Positions 1-9,739 are shown, numbered from the stretch's first letter. The stretch: DNA of 32,000 nucleotides from Anaerobacillus isosaccharinicus (GCF_001866075.4 NZ_CP063356.2:5192926-5224925), one strand, 5' to 3'. Notes: generated from the letters alone by a model not told the origin. A program made the numbers and translations.

Positions 1-296
1 TTATCAATAACTTGAACCTCGGCATTATCAATCGAAAAGAATTCCCGGAGAAGGATGTCTATATCGGTCCTTAACGTAGGTGTCGATTCATCACGACTTT
101 TCTTCATTTCTTGTTCGATATTATAGGCAAGTAAATTAGCTCTTTCATCTAGCATTTCAAAAAAATTATCTACGAGCTGATCTTCCAACTGTTTAGTGAA
201 ATAAACACCAATTACTTGCATAGCTATTAATATTAATAACACATAAATAATGACTATTTTCACATGAATCGATTTGAAAAAACCGACTTTATCCAT
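1..296 (-). CDS. walK: Sensor histidine kinase WalK (YycG), N-terminal fragment; the gene runs off the window start
   Basis: ATG at 296-294, 7 nt after the walR stop. Hand translation MDKVGFFKSIHVKIVIIYVLLILIAMQVIGVYF... closely matches the B. subtilis WalK N-terminus as I remember it. Position immediately downstream of walR fits. Confidence 0.85.
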   Translation of the reverse strand, partial: MDKVGFFKSIHVKIVIIYVLLILIAMQVIGVYFTKQLEDQLVDNFFEMLDERANLLAYNIEQEMKKSRDESTPTLRTDIDILLREFFSIDNAEVQVID

Positions 297-302
297 AGTT
301 AT

Positions 303-1004
303 TTACTCCTCAAAGTTCTTTAAATAATAGCCTACTCCTCTTCTAGTTATGATCCAATTAGGATGACTAGGATTATCCTCTACTTTTTCTCTCACCCTTC
401 GAACTGTAACATCAACCGTTCGGACATCACCAAAATAATCATAGCCCCAAACAGCTTGAAGAAGATGTTCTCTCGTCATTACCTGTCCAATATGCTTCGC
501 TAAGTAATAAATTAACTCAAACTCTCGATGTGTTAGCTCGATTGCCTCGCCACGTTTCGTTACTAAATAGGCATCAGGTTGAATAACAAGTGCGCCAATG
601 TGAAGCTCCTTCTTATCTGGAATGACTTCCTCAGCCTTTTGCTGATGGCGCCTTAAGTTAGCCTTAACTCTGGCTAATAGCTCCCTCGTGCTAAACGGCT
701 TTGTGACATAATCATCTGCCCCTAGTTCTAAACCTAGAACTTTATCAATCTCAGAATCCTTTGCAGTTAACATAATGATTGGCATATCATATTTCTTTCT
801 AACTTCACGACATACTTCCATACCATCTCTTAAAGGAAGCATAATATCTAACAATATTAAGTCAGGAACTAACTCAACTACTTTTTTAATTGCTTCTTCA
901 CCATCATGAGCACACTCTACAGTAAAGCCTTCTTTTTCTAAACTAAATTTCAAAATATCTGCAATCGGTTGTTCATCATCAACAACTAAAATTTTCTTAT
1001 CCAT
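303..1004 (-). CDS. walR: Essential OmpR-family response regulator WalR (YycF)
   Basis: [18 protein letters not shown]...[10 protein letters not shown]...[25 protein letters not shown]...RRGVGYYL is near-identical to B. subtilis WalR. The ORF-track start (1034) is a TTG; the ATG at 1004 follows AGGAG and matches the WalR N-terminus. Confidence 0.95.
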   Translation of the reverse strand: MDKKILVVDDEQPIADILKFSLEKEGFTVECAHDGEEAIKKVVELVPDLILLDIMLPLRDGMEVCREVRKKYDMPIIMLTAKDSEIDKVLGLELGADDYVTKPFSTRELLARVKANLRRHQQKAEEVIPDKKELHIGALVIQPDAYLVTKRGEAIELTHREFELIYYLAKHIGQVMTREHLLQAVWGYDYFGDVRTVDVTVRRVREKVEDNPSHPNWIITRRGVGYYLKNFEE

Positions 1005-1071
1005 CTTTTTACCAACTCCTGACTTAAAGTTCAATAACTTTATACTTACTCATGTCTTAGTTTATTTTATC

Positions 1072-1100
1072 ATACTATCAATCTATTTTTCCGTTTACAA
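1072..1100 (-). promoter_or_regulatory. Candidate sigma-A promoter for walRK (-35 TTGTAA, 17-bp spacer, -10 TAGTAT)
   Basis: Minus-sense TTGTAA (1100-1095), 17 nt, TAGTAT (1077-1072), about 70 nt upstream of the walR ATG. Hexamer match only. Confidence 0.3.
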
Positions 1101-1230
1101 ATTTAAACAATATATAGTGAAAAACTCTATTTCATTCCCTAGTACGGAAATTCAGATGACTTAGATCAAACGTCTGTTCAGATTCATTGTACCATGGTCT
1201 TAAAGGGATCGTTTGGAACGAATATTTATA

Positions 1231-1290
1231 CAAAAAGGCCTAACTTGCCAGGCAAAAGATTGATATATTCACCAATACCTTTGCCAAGCT
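1231..1290 (-). terminator. Probable intrinsic terminator after the M23 peptidase gene
   Basis: Minus-sense imperfect hairpin (GGCAAAG...UUUUGCC plus outer pairs), then GCCU...AGGC followed by CUUUUUG. Hand-folded and imperfect. Confidence 0.35.
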
Positions 1291-1310
1291 AGTCAGACCT
1301 TACACGCTTT

Positions 1311-2825
1311 TTACCTATTTAAATAATCCATTGGATTTTTTAAATTTCCACCTTGTAACACTTCGAAGTGTAAATGGATTCCCGTAGAATTACCTGTCGA
1401 CCCCATTACACCAATTTTTTGTCCTTGAGCAACGGTCTGACCAACTTTTACATCCATTGATGCTAAATGGGCATATAACGTACTCATACCATTATTATGA
1501 TTAATAATAATTTTGTTGCCATAACCACCATCCCAGCCTGCAAATGAAACCGTTCCATTATCCGCAGCTAAGATATTTAGGTTTCTTGGTCTAGCAATAT
1601 CAATACCTCTATGAAACCTTCCCCAACGCATTCCTTGGTAACTTGAAATATAGCCACCAACCGCAGGCCAAGCAAGTTTCCCAGTTCCTCTGGAAGGAGT
1701 AACCTTTGTTCCTTTTAGAACAATACGGTTTTGCGGTTCCTTAGTTATTTTTTCGCTAACAATTTGCCTTTGAATTGTTCGCCCGTTTTCCCGGGTAATA
1801 TTATAACTAACAACTCTTTCTCCAGCATGCCCAGCTTGCTGAACTTTCGTGTCACCACGCCACATATTTGAATCATCTTTTGTCTCTGTTTGAAACGGAA
1901 TTTCTTCTTTTATAGTCGATGCTTCCTCTACAATAACCTTGACGATTGGTTCATAAACAGTAACATTTAACTCATCACCAATTTGTAGAAGTGTATTTTC
2001 TGTAATTGATGGATTTAGTGCTAAAACATCAGAAACTGAAAGACTATGTGCTTGAGCAATAGTCCCAAGTACATCTCCAGGCTCAACAACGTAAATATCA
2101 TCTTCTAATGTCCCTAGATTAAGTTGTTTAATTGCATTTTCAATTGACAAAATCGATTTTAGATCAACAGGTACTCTATCGATCTCAATATCTTTTGATA
2201 GTTTAACATCAATGATTACTTTTTCACCAACTGATGGCGGATTAATAGTTATATCATTCTCTTTAGCTTTCATTACAGTAGCCAATTGCTCTTCTGAGAC
2301 ATATTGCAGCTTGAGCTGTTTAATAACAGCCTGATAATCGTCTTCAGAACTTACATAACCCACTACTTTTCCATCAACCTTTAATGCAATAGCTTCCCCT
2401 TTAATTGAAATTTTATTTTCAAGTTCACTAACCGTTGCACTGCTATTAGCTCTTGAAGTAAAAACAACTTCTGGGATAAGCTTAATAGTTTCTCCAACAA
2501 CTAAATTCAAATTAGAGTAATCTTCCCTATACTCACTCATTTTCGAATTAATTACCCGTTCAACTAAGTTTTTATCATCTACCGAACCAACTCTAAGACC
2601 GTCCATATAAACATGATAAATCGTTTCTAAGTTTAATTTAGAAGTTTCTTCAGCTTTTACACTATCACTATGTACACTCGTTGTTAATAATGCAGCTATA
2701 CATATGCTCGTTCCAAGCACTTTTTTATATTTATTCGATAATTGTTTCATTGAGTTTAAACTACTTTTAGTTATCCCTTTAAGTTTTTCTTGTAGTTGAT
2801 CTAACCGGCCTTTATAATCTCCCAT
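1311..2825 (-). CDS. Secreted or membrane-anchored peptidoglycan metalloendopeptidase (LysM + G5-like + C-terminal M23/LytM domain)
   Basis: N-terminal hydrophobic anchor (VLGTSICIAALLTTSV). LysM-like segment (YVVEPGDVLGTIAQAHSLSVSDVLALNP...GDELNV). M23 motifs HRGIDIA and GIHLHFEV at the C-terminus. Strong RBS (GGAGGAG) before the ATG. Confidence 0.9.
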   Translation of the reverse strand: MGDYKGRLDQLQEKLKGITKSSLNSMKQLSNKYKKVLGTSICIAALLTTSVHSDSVKAEETSKLNLETIYHVYMDGLRVGSVDDKNLVERVINSKMSEYREDYSNLNLVVGETIKLIPEVVFTSRANSSATVSELENKISIKGEAIALKVDGKVVGYVSSEDDYQAVIKQLKLQYVSEEQLATVMKAKENDITINPPSVGEKVIIDVKLSKDIEIDRVPVDLKSILSIENAIKQLNLGTLEDDIYVVEPGDVLGTIAQAHSLSVSDVLALNPSITENTLLQIGDELNVTVYEPIVKVIVEEASTIKEEIPFQTETKDDSNMWRGDTKVQQAGHAGERVVSYNITRENGRTIQRQIVSEKITKEPQNRIVLKGTKVTPSRGTGKLAWPAVGGYISSYQGMRWGRFHRGIDIARPRNLNILAADNGTVSFAGWDGGYGNKIIINHNNGMSTLYAHLASMDVKVGQTVAQGQKIGVMGSTGNSTGIHLHFEVLQGGNLKNPMDYLNR

Positions 2826-3073
2826 GGTTCTCCTCCTACACTACTTTACTTACTATTTCTCTATAGTGTTAAAACTACTACTATATTATTTTACAAAATA
2901 TAACCTCTTGTATTTTATCATAAACTATAATTGTATGTCTGAAAAAATAAAAAAACGTAATATAACTGTATCATTTTTGGGAATTTTGTTCCAAATTACT
3001 AACAAAATTCGATACAAAATTTCATTCTATCAGAAAATCAGACCCATTAATAAGCGCGACATAAGCATTCACC

Positions 3074-3110
3074 CAAAAAATAAAAGTCTATCAAGTAAAT
3101 GATAGACTTT
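3074..3110 (-). terminator. Rho-independent terminator of the tRNA operon
   Basis: Perfect 11-bp stem AAAGTCTATCA/TGATAGACTTT (3083-3093 and 3100-3110), 6-nt loop, followed in minus sense by TTTTATTTTTT. Lies 17 nt after the tRNA-Thr 3' end. Confidence 0.85.
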
Positions 3111-3126
3111 AATCTTAATATAAGAG

Positions 3127-3199
<73 letters not shown>

Positions 3200-3215
3200 A
3201 TGATATCAAACTAAA

Positions 3216-3291
<76 letters not shown>

Positions 3292-3315
3292 AATATAAAA
3301 TTATAACGAATAAAA

Positions 3316-3391
3316 TGGCGGACCCGACCGGGATCGAACCGGCGATCTCCTGCGTGACAGGCAGGCATGTTAACCGCTACACCACGGGTCC
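3316..3391 (-). tRNA. tRNA-Asp (anticodon GUC), CCA encoded
   Basis: Minus strand GGACCCGTGGTGTAGCGGTTAACATGCCTGCCTGTCACGCAGGAGATCGCCGGTTCGATCCCGGTCGGGTCCGCCA. Anticodon loop CTGTCAC. Confidence 0.95.
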
Positions 3392-3520
3392 GTGGCAAAT
3401 AGATGTTTTGTTGGTACATTTACACAATGAAAGTTATTTTTACGTTGTACGCAGATTTGCTCTTGCACCACTTCGTTTGCTCGTCGCAAACCTTGCAAAG
3501 GAGTGAATTCAAGAAGTTGG

Positions 3521-3598
<78 letters not shown>

Positions 3599-3722
3599 AT
3601 AATATAAAGTATTTAATTTAGTTCCTGCACTTAGCCTGCTGACTGTTTCTTCCTCTTCCAGCTTTGCTTTGTAGCATTATGCGTCGAAACAACTCGTAGC
3701 GTATTCATGAAGTAACGCTCGT

Positions 3723-3759
3723 TGCTCCACCCCGCAATAATATAAAGTATTTAGTTCTT
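3723..3759 (-). pseudogene. Relic duplicate of the 5' end of tRNA-fMet (13 nt) plus its upstream flank
   Basis: 3724-3753 matches 3586-3615 at 29 of 30 positions (GCTCCACCCCGC[A/G]ATAATATAAAGTATTTA), offset 138 bp. Downstream of the 13 tRNA-derived nt I could build no D, T or acceptor complement. Confidence 0.55.
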
Positions 3760-3822
3760 AGCTTTTTGCCGACATAAATTATTATATCCAAGATCATTTT
3801 ATTTTACAACATGGATATAAGT

Positions 3823-3897
3823 TGGTGACCCGTACGGGATTCGAACCCGTGTTACCGCCGTGAAAGGGCGGTGTCTTAACCGCTTGACCAACGGGCC
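3823..3897 (-). tRNA. tRNA-Glu (anticodon UUC), CCA encoded
   Basis: Minus strand GGCCCGTTGGTCAAGCGGTTAAGACACCGCCCTTTCACGGCGGTAACACGGGTTCGAATCCCGTACGGGTCACCA. Anticodon loop CTTTCAC. Confidence 0.95.
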
Positions 3898-3910
3898 ACT
3901 AAGATGAAAA

Positions 3911-3986
3911 TGGTGAGCCATGAAGGATTCGAACCTTCGACCCTCTGATTAAAAGTCAGATGCTCTACCAACTGAGCTAATGGCTC
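3911..3986 (-). tRNA. tRNA-Lys (anticodon UUU), CCA encoded
   Basis: Minus strand GAGCCATTAGCTCAGTTGGTAGAGCATCTGACTTTTAATCAGAGGGTCGAAGGTTCGAATCCTTCATGGCTCACCA. Anticodon loop CTTTTAA. Confidence 0.95.
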
Positions 3987-4006
3987 ATCTTGTGACGACA
4001 AGATTA

Positions 4007-4035
4007 ATAGTAACATATTAAACTTATTAATGCAA
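4007..4035 (-). promoter_or_regulatory. Candidate sigma-A promoter of the tRNA operon (-35 TTGCAT, 17 bp, -10 TACTAT, A/T-rich UP-like tract upstream)
   Basis: Minus-sense TTGCAT (4035-4030), 17 nt, TACTAT (4012-4007). The predicted start is about 14 nt before the mature tRNA-Lys 5' end. Confidence 0.4.
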
Positions 4036-4151
4036 GCCTTTTTAATAAAAAACTTTTTTTGAATAATATTGCGATGTGTTTTTCAACACTTTTCCTATAT
4101 TACAGATACTTTTAAAGAAAAGCAAGTTTTTTTAAATGGAATTAATAGGTA

Positions 4152-4174
4152 AGGAGTGGCACTAAGCCACTCCT
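4152..4174 (-). terminator. GC-rich hairpin after the purA stop, probable terminator
   Basis: Perfect 9-bp stem AGGAGTGGC/GCCACTCCT with a 5-nt loop, 8 nt after the purA stop. The minus-sense 3' tail (UACCUAUUAAUU) is only moderately U-rich; the plus-sense side has the better T-run. Confidence 0.5.
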
Positions 4175-4182
4175 CTTTATTT

Positions 4183-5490
<1,308 letters not shown>

Positions 5491-5544
5491 TCAATGCATA
5501 TATATTTTTAACCTGATCTACTTTATTCATTCAAAACCATAGCT

Positions 5545-5573
5545 AGTGTAACAATTTACTTTGATGAAGTCAA
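5545..5573 (-). promoter_or_regulatory. Candidate sigma-A promoter of purA (-35 TTGACT, 17 bp, -10 TACACT)
   Basis: Minus-sense TTGACT (5573-5568), 17 nt, TACACT (5550-5545), about 70 nt upstream of the ATG and immediately downstream of the PurBox pair. Confidence 0.55.
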
Positions 5574-5574
5574 T

Positions 5575-5619
5575 AAATTCCGAACAATTTTACACTAATA
5601 TATTTATTTGTTCGTATTA
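5575..5619. promoter_or_regulatory. Inverted pair of PurBox-like sequences (PurR operator) upstream of purA
   Basis: AAATTCCGAACAATT (5575-5589) fits the PurBox consensus AWWWCCGAACWWT. The inverted partner ATTTGTTCGTATTA (5606-5619) has core ACGAAC. They abut the -35 of the purA promoter candidate. Confidence 0.55.
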
Positions 5620-5629
5620 ATTTGTGAAC

Positions 5630-5667
5630 AAAAAAAAAATTGATGATTCAACCTAGCGAATCATCAA
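5630..5667 (-). terminator. Rho-independent terminator of the queCDEF operon
   Basis: Perfect 10-bp stem TTGATGATTC/GAATCATCAA with an 8-nt loop, followed in minus sense by ten T. Begins 8 nt after the queF stop. Confidence 0.9.
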
Positions 5668-5674
5668 CTCCCAT

Positions 5675-6166
5675 TTACCTATTATCAATTTTTTCAGGAT
5701 ACATATCATGATTAAATAAGCGCTGTTTAGCCATGTCTTCAAACATTGTATCCTTCTTGCCATAGTTTGCGTATGGATCAATTGAAATACCACCACGTGG
5801 AGTAAATTTCCCCCAAACCTCAATATACTTAGGATCCATTAACTCAATTAAATCTTTCATAATAATATTTATGCAATCTTCATGAAAATCTCCTTGGTTA
5901 CGGAAGCTAAAAAGATACAATTTTAGCGATTTACTTTCGACCATTTTTTCACTAGGAATGTACGAAATATAAATTGCCGCAAAATCAGGTTGCCCCGTTT
6001 TAGGACAAAGACTTGTAAACTCAGGACAATTAAATTTTACCCAGTAATCATTGTCATTATGCTTATTTTCAAATGTTTCTAGAATTGATTTATCGTACTC
6101 AAATTTATATGGCACGTTTTGGTTACCTAATAAAGATACTCCTTCTAATTCATGGTCTTTTCTCAT
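5675..6166 (-). CDS. queF: NADPH-dependent 7-cyano-7-deazaguanine (preQ0) reductase
   Basis: 163 aa type-I Que[20 protein letters not shown] contains the catalytic Cys motif, and a SFRN-HEDC-like motif is present ([14 protein letters not shown]). Last gene of a queCDEF cluster. Confidence 0.95.
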   Translation of the reverse strand: MRKDHELEGVSLLGNQNVPYKFEYDKSILETFENKHNDNDYWVKFNCPEFTSLCPKTGQPDFAAIYISYIPSEKMVESKSLKLYLFSFRNQGDFHEDCINIIMKDLIELMDPKYIEVWGKFTPRGGISIDPYANYGKKDTMFEDMAKQRLFNHDMYPEKIDNR

Positions 6167-6168
6167 GT

Positions 6169-6894
6169 TTACACTCCTTTTTTATTACCCCAGAGTAGGG
6201 CATGAAGCTGTGGTAATACTCTTGCATCATTAAACTCCGGATCATTTATTACCTTGCCAACTAACCAATCTAGCTTTTGTAATAATTTTTGGGCAAGCTC
6301 AACATCGTTTTCCATCGTCAGATCTTCATTTCCTACTGATAAATAAAATGGAACCGAAGAATACTTAGTATGAATTTTTTTCGCGTAGTTTAAGTCCTTA
6401 TCATCAAAAATAACGACCTTTAGGCTAACATGACCATTTGTTACTCTTTCTGTTAGCTGCTCGATCATTTCATTTAATTTACTGTAGTTTGTCTCCATGC
6501 CACTACTCGGTGGTTTTGGTGATATCGTTAGGTCATCTATATTTAACATCCAGTCTTGCCAAACCGTTCCTTGTGTTTCAAGACCGATCCTCAGATTTAA
6601 TTCTTTTAAAATATCAATGAGCTCACCAAGTTGCTTCAATAATGCTGGATTTCCACCTGAAATTGTGACATGCTGAAAATTCTCTAAACCAATTGCTTTT
6701 AGCTCAGTAACGATTTCATTAGCAGTCATCATTTTTATATCATCTTTCCCAGATCCATCCCACGTAAACGCAGAATCACACCAAGAACATTGATAATCAC
6801 AACCGGCAGTACGAATAAAAACGGTTTTTTTTCCAATTACCGCTCCTTCACCTTGAATGGTTGGACCGAAAATCTCTAATACAGGTATTTTCAT
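6169..6894 (-). CDS. queE: 7-carboxy-7-deazaguanine synthase (radical SAM)
   Basis: [15 protein letters not shown]...[12 protein letters not shown] has the CX14CX2C-type radical-SAM QueE signature, like B. subtilis YkvL. The ATG at 6894 overlaps the queD stop (ATGA). The ORF-track GTG at 6903 is an alternative start. Confidence 0.93.
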   Translation of the reverse strand: MKIPVLEIFGPTIQGEGAVIGKKTVFIRTAGCDYQCSWCDSAFTWDGSGKDDIKMMTANEIVTELKAIGLENFQHVTISGGNPALLKQLGELIDILKELNLRIGLETQGTVWQDWMLNIDDLTISPKPPSSGMETNYSKLNEMIEQLTERVTNGHVSLKVVIFDDKDLNYAKKIHTKYSSVPFYLSVGNEDLTMENDVELAQKLLQKLDWLVGKVINDPEFNDARVLPQLHALLWGNKKGV

Positions 6895-7379
6895 TCCATC
6901 CACTCTCTTCTAGCTTCAGCATAGCTTGTAGGAGTTTCAAAGAGGCGTACAAATTCAACTCTCGGTTTTAATGTCTTAAATTGGCTCTCTTTTAAATAGT
7001 CTGCCATTTTCTCATAGATCCAAACAACCATATTTTCAGCTGTCGTATTCATTGGAGGTAATGTCTCATTTAAATAACGGTGGTCTAAATAAATTTCAAT
7101 ATGCTCTTTCCAAATCGCCTTGATGTCACCGAAGTCAATGGCAATTCCAATCTCATCTGTTAAAGAACTTATACCAAAAATGACTTTATACGTATGACCG
7201 TGTAAGTTTTTACATTTACCTTCATAGTGATGAAGATGATGTGCAGAATCAAACGTAAACTCCTTACTTACCAAAACACGCTTATTATGATATCTCAAAT
7301 CTTCTATATGAATATCTTCACCTAGTTTTTGAAGTTTATCAACTATACGAAAACCAAATAATCCATCGCTGCTACACAT
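6891..7379 (-). CDS. queD: 6-carboxy-5,6,7,8-tetrahydropterin synthase
   Basis: [28 protein letters not shown] carries the His/Cys zinc and catalytic motif of QueD/PTPS. Start overlaps the queC stop by 8 nt. The N-terminal extent is uncertain. Confidence 0.9.
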   Translation of the reverse strand: MCSSDGLFGFRIVDKLQKLGEDIHIEDLRYHNKRVLVSKEFTFDSAHHLHHYEGKCKNLHGHTYKVIFGISSLTDEIGIAIDFGDIKAIWKEHIEIYLDHRYLNETLPPMNTTAENMVVWIYEKMADYLKESQFKTLKPRVEFVRLFETPTSYAEARREWME

Positions 7380-8040
7380 GAGTCGACACCCCCGTTCCTT
7401 GTTCTTCTAGGAACTTTCGCAAACCTTCACTACGAAGTTTACAAGCAGGGCACTCACCACAACCATCACCAACAATACCATTATAGCAAGTCAATGTTTT
7501 TTCTCTAATATAATCAAAAGCTCCAAGTTCAGCTGCTAGAGCCCACGTTTCTTTTTTATCAATCCACATAAGCGGTGTGTGAATAACAAAGTTGTAGTCC
7601 ATCGCTAAATTGAGCGTTACATTTAGTGATTTAACAAACATATCACGGCAATCTGGATAGCCTGAAAAGTCAGTCTCACACACACCTGTAATAATATGAT
7701 TTATCCCTTTTGCTTTCGCCATAATAGCCGCAAAAGACAAGAAAAGATGATTTCTACCGTCAACAAACGTCGTAGGTAACTCGCCATCTTCTCCTTCTTT
7801 TATTTCAATATCACTTCTTGTCAACGCATTAGAAGTAAGTTGATTTAAAAGACTCATATCAATAACTGTATTTTCTACACTCATTTCATGAGCAATTTTT
7901 TTTGCTACTTCAATTTCCTCTTTGTGCCTCTGGTTATAGTCAAAGGTCACTGTTTCCACTTGATCAAAATGTTTTAGTGCCCAAAATAGACAAGTCGTTG
8001 AATCTTGTCCGCCACTGAACACCACCAATGCTTTTTTCAT
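7372..8040 (-). CDS. queC: 7-cyano-7-deazaguanine synthase
   Basis: [17 protein letters not shown] is the PP-loop SGGQDS motif, and the C-terminal [10 protein letters not shown] is the zinc cluster. The ORF-track start (8049) is a GTG; the ATG at 8040 follows the GGGAG of the riboswitch tail. Confidence 0.95.
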   Translation of the reverse strand: MKKALVVFSGGQDSTTCLFWALKHFDQVETVTFDYNQRHKEEIEVAKKIAHEMSVENTVIDMSLLNQLTSNALTRSDIEIKEGEDGELPTTFVDGRNHLFLSFAAIMAKAKGINHIITGVCETDFSGYPDCRDMFVKSLNVTLNLAMDYNFVIHTPLMWIDKKETWALAAELGAFDYIREKTLTCYNGIVGDGCGECPACKLRSEGLRKFLEEQGTGVSTHV

Positions 8041-8050
8041 ATTTAACACT

Positions 8051-8090
8051 CCCTAGTTTTTTTTAACGAGAGGAGATCGCGAACTCTCGA
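8051..8090 (-). promoter_or_regulatory. preQ1-I riboswitch aptamer, apparently translational (Shine-Dalgarno follows the A-rich tail)
   Basis: Minus sense CGAGAGUUCGCGAUCUCCUCUCGUUAAAAAAAACUAGGGAG. P1 is CGAGAG/CUCUCG, with a UUCG-containing loop and an A-rich tail ending ACUAGG, as in the B. subtilis queC and T. tengcongensis preQ1-I aptamers. It sits directly upstream of queC with no room for a terminator stem. Confidence 0.8.
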
Positions 8091-8101
8091 AATTATATGA
8101 G

Positions 8102-8196
8102 AATGTAAAATGTAGCGTGTAGAATGACGTTAGTAACGCTTCGAAGTTTTTCATAAACAATCTACATTTTAAATTTTACATTCTACATTTTACATT
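8102..8196. repeat. Palindromic heptamer-array element, copy A (most degenerate)
   Basis: Left arm AATGTAAAATGTAGCGTGTAGAATG, core CGCTTCGAAGTT (CTTCGAAG 8139-8146), right arm ATCTACATTTTAAATTTTACATTCTACATTTTACATT. The outer 14 bp of the arms are perfectly complementary. Confidence 0.9.
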
Positions 8197-8243
8197 ATCT
8201 CTTAATAAAAATATACGTCATTACTTGGTAAATAACACAACAA

Positions 8244-8280
8244 TCCCCCTTTAGAACTTTTTTCAAGTACTAAAAGGGGA
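8244..8280 (-). terminator. Probable intrinsic terminator after the replicative helicase gene
   Basis: Stem TCCCCCTTTAG/CTAAAAGGGGA (11 bp, one mismatch), followed in minus sense by UUGUUGUGUUAUUU. Confidence 0.6.
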
Positions 8281-8368
8281 ATACTAGTGATTATAAACTA
8301 ACATTAACAAATTCTTTTTAAAAGCTTCGAAAGCACTTCTCTCACAAATCAATAATTCAGAAATGAAC

Positions 8369-9739
8369 TTATGCTCCTGCGCCAATAGGCATATTATTCT
8401 CATCAAAACGCCGTTCTAAGTTTACGAATTTATTATATTCCTTCACAAAAGCTAGCTCTACTGTTCCAACAGGGCCATTCCTTTGTTTAGCAATAATGAT
8501 TTCAATGATATCCTTATTTTCGCTTTCTTTATCATAGTAATCATCTCGATACAAGAAAGCAACAATATCTGCATCCTGCTCAATACTTCCGGATTCACGA
8601 ATATCAGACATCATTGGACGTTTATCCTGACGGGATTCTACACCACGGGAAAGCTGAGAAAGGGCAATAACAGGAACTTCTAACTCCCTTGCCAATGCTT
8701 TAAGTGATCTAGAAATCTCAGAAACTTCTTGCTGGCGATTTTCGCCACTACGGCCATCACCACGAATCAACTGCAAATAATCTATTAAAATCATGCCTAG
8801 ACCTTTTTCTTGACTCAACCTGCGGCACTTTGCCCGGATATCATTAACACGAATACCAGGCGTGTCATCAATATATATACCAGCCTTAGATAAGCTTCCC
8901 ATCGCCATAGTAAGTTTCGTCCAGTCCTCTTCTTGAAGAGAACCTGTACGAAGTCTCTGTGCATCAAGGTTTCCCTCAGCACAAATCATCCTCATAACAA
9001 GCTGAGAAGCGCCCATCTCTAAACTAAAAATAGCTACATTTTCATCGGTTTTAGTTGCTACATTTTGAGCAATATTTAAAGCAAAGGCTGTTTTACCTAC
9101 AGATGGACGAGCCGCAACAATGATTAAGTCATTTCGTTGAAATCCAGCTGTCATCCGATCCAACTCAGAAAACCCTGTTGGAATTCCAGTTATATCCCCT
9201 GTTCGATTTTGAAGTTTTTCGATATTATCGTATGCTTCAACAAGCACATCTTTTATAGAAATAAACGCACTTGTATTTTTTTTATGGGAAACTTCTAAGA
9301 TCGTTTTCTCTGCTTCATTTAAGATTGCGTCTACTTCATCTTCTTCAGCATACCCTTCAGCTGCTATGTTTGTAGCTACTCGAATTAGTCGTCTTAACAA
9401 GGATTTCTCTTCAACAATTCTACTATAATACTCAACATTTGCAGCGGTAGGAACTGAGCTAGCTAAGTCACTTAAATAAGAAACGCCACCAATTTCCTCA
9501 AGCCATTTCTTGTCCTGGAGCTCGGCTGTTACCGTTATCAGGTCAACCGGTTCTCCTTTTTCGGCTAATTGAATCATCACGCTGTAAATCCGCTGATGTG
9601 CAGCCCGATAGAAATCTTCCGATGCTAGTCTTTCTGATGCTGTAACAAGAGCCTCTGGTTCTAAAAAAATCGCACCTATAACCGCTTGTTCTGCCTCAAT
9701 ATTTTGTGGCGGAGTGCGATCAGCGAACAATTCACTCAT
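8369..9739 (-). CDS. dnaB: Replicative DNA helicase (DnaB family; named DnaC in B. subtilis)
   Basis: 456 aa. N-terminal PPQNIEAEQAVIGAIFL, Walker A ARPSVGKTAFALN, Walker B LILIDYLQLI, and RNGPVG near the C-terminus. Confidence 0.97.
   Translation of the reverse strand: MSELFADRTPPQNIEAEQAVIGAIFLEPEALVTASERLASEDFYRAAHQRIYSVMIQLAEKGEPVDLITVTAELQDKKWLEEIGGVSYLSDLASSVPTAANVEYYSRIVEEKSLLRRLIRVATNIAAEGYAEEDEVDAILNEAEKTILEVSHKKNTSAFISIKDVLVEAYDNIEKLQNRTGDITGIPTGFSELDRMTAGFQRNDLIIVAARPSVGKTAFALNIAQNVATKTDENVAIFSLEMGASQLVMRMICAEGNLDAQRLRTGSLQEEDWTKLTMAMGSLSKAGIYIDDTPGIRVNDIRAKCRRLSQEKGLGMILIDYLQLIRGDGRSGENRQQEVSEISRSLKALARELEVPVIALSQLSRGVESRQDKRPMMSDIRESGSIEQDADIVAFLYRDDYYDKESENKDIIEIIIAKQRNGPVGTVELAFVKEYNKFVNLERRFDENNMPIGAGA

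Noticed and set aside
1005-1034. N-terminal extensions in the ORF track for walR, purA, queC, yybS, ktrC, parB, soj, rsmG, mnmE and yyaC
   Set aside because: The extended starts are GTG or TTG codons (or, for yybS and yyaC, ATGs without an RBS). They often lie inside the SD itself or overlap promoter candidates. Downstream ATGs have well-spaced SD sequences and reproduce the canonical N-termini of the protein families.
2826-3073. WalR-binding direct repeats upstream of the M23 peptidase gene
   Set aside because: I looked for TGTWAH-N5-TGTWAH on both strands. The best candidates (TGTATC-N6-TGTTAG; TGTAAA-N5-ATAGTA) have wrong spacing or a failed second half-site, so the data do not support WalR control.
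2824-3102. 92-aa plus-strand ORF in the M23-peptidase upstream region
   Set aside because: It has no Shine-Dalgarno, and its ATG is just the reverse reading of the peptidase start region. The translation is low-complexity and Y/F/I/K/N-rich, as expected from AT-rich non-coding DNA. It also runs into the tRNA-operon terminator. More likely this is promoter and 5' UTR of the peptidase gene.
3315-3506. 63-aa plus-strand ORF
   Set aside because: It is entirely antisense to tRNA-Asp and the adjacent spacer, so it is an artefact of the GC-rich tRNA sequence.
8102-8196. Reading the heptamer arrays as a CRISPR array or as iterons
   Set aside because: The units are 7 bp and directly abutting, with no unique spacers, no leader and no cas genes nearby. 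Arrays come as inverted pairs around a conserved core, which fits a palindromic REP/MITE-like element and not CRISPR. I cannot support an iteron or plasmid-origin reading because there is no rep gene.
8322-8334. Core-like AAGCTTCGAAAGC just after the dnaB stop
   Set aside because: It resembles the element core with a 1-nt insertion but has no flanking heptamer arrays. It might be a relic of a sixth copy, but a 13-nt match alone is not enough to call.
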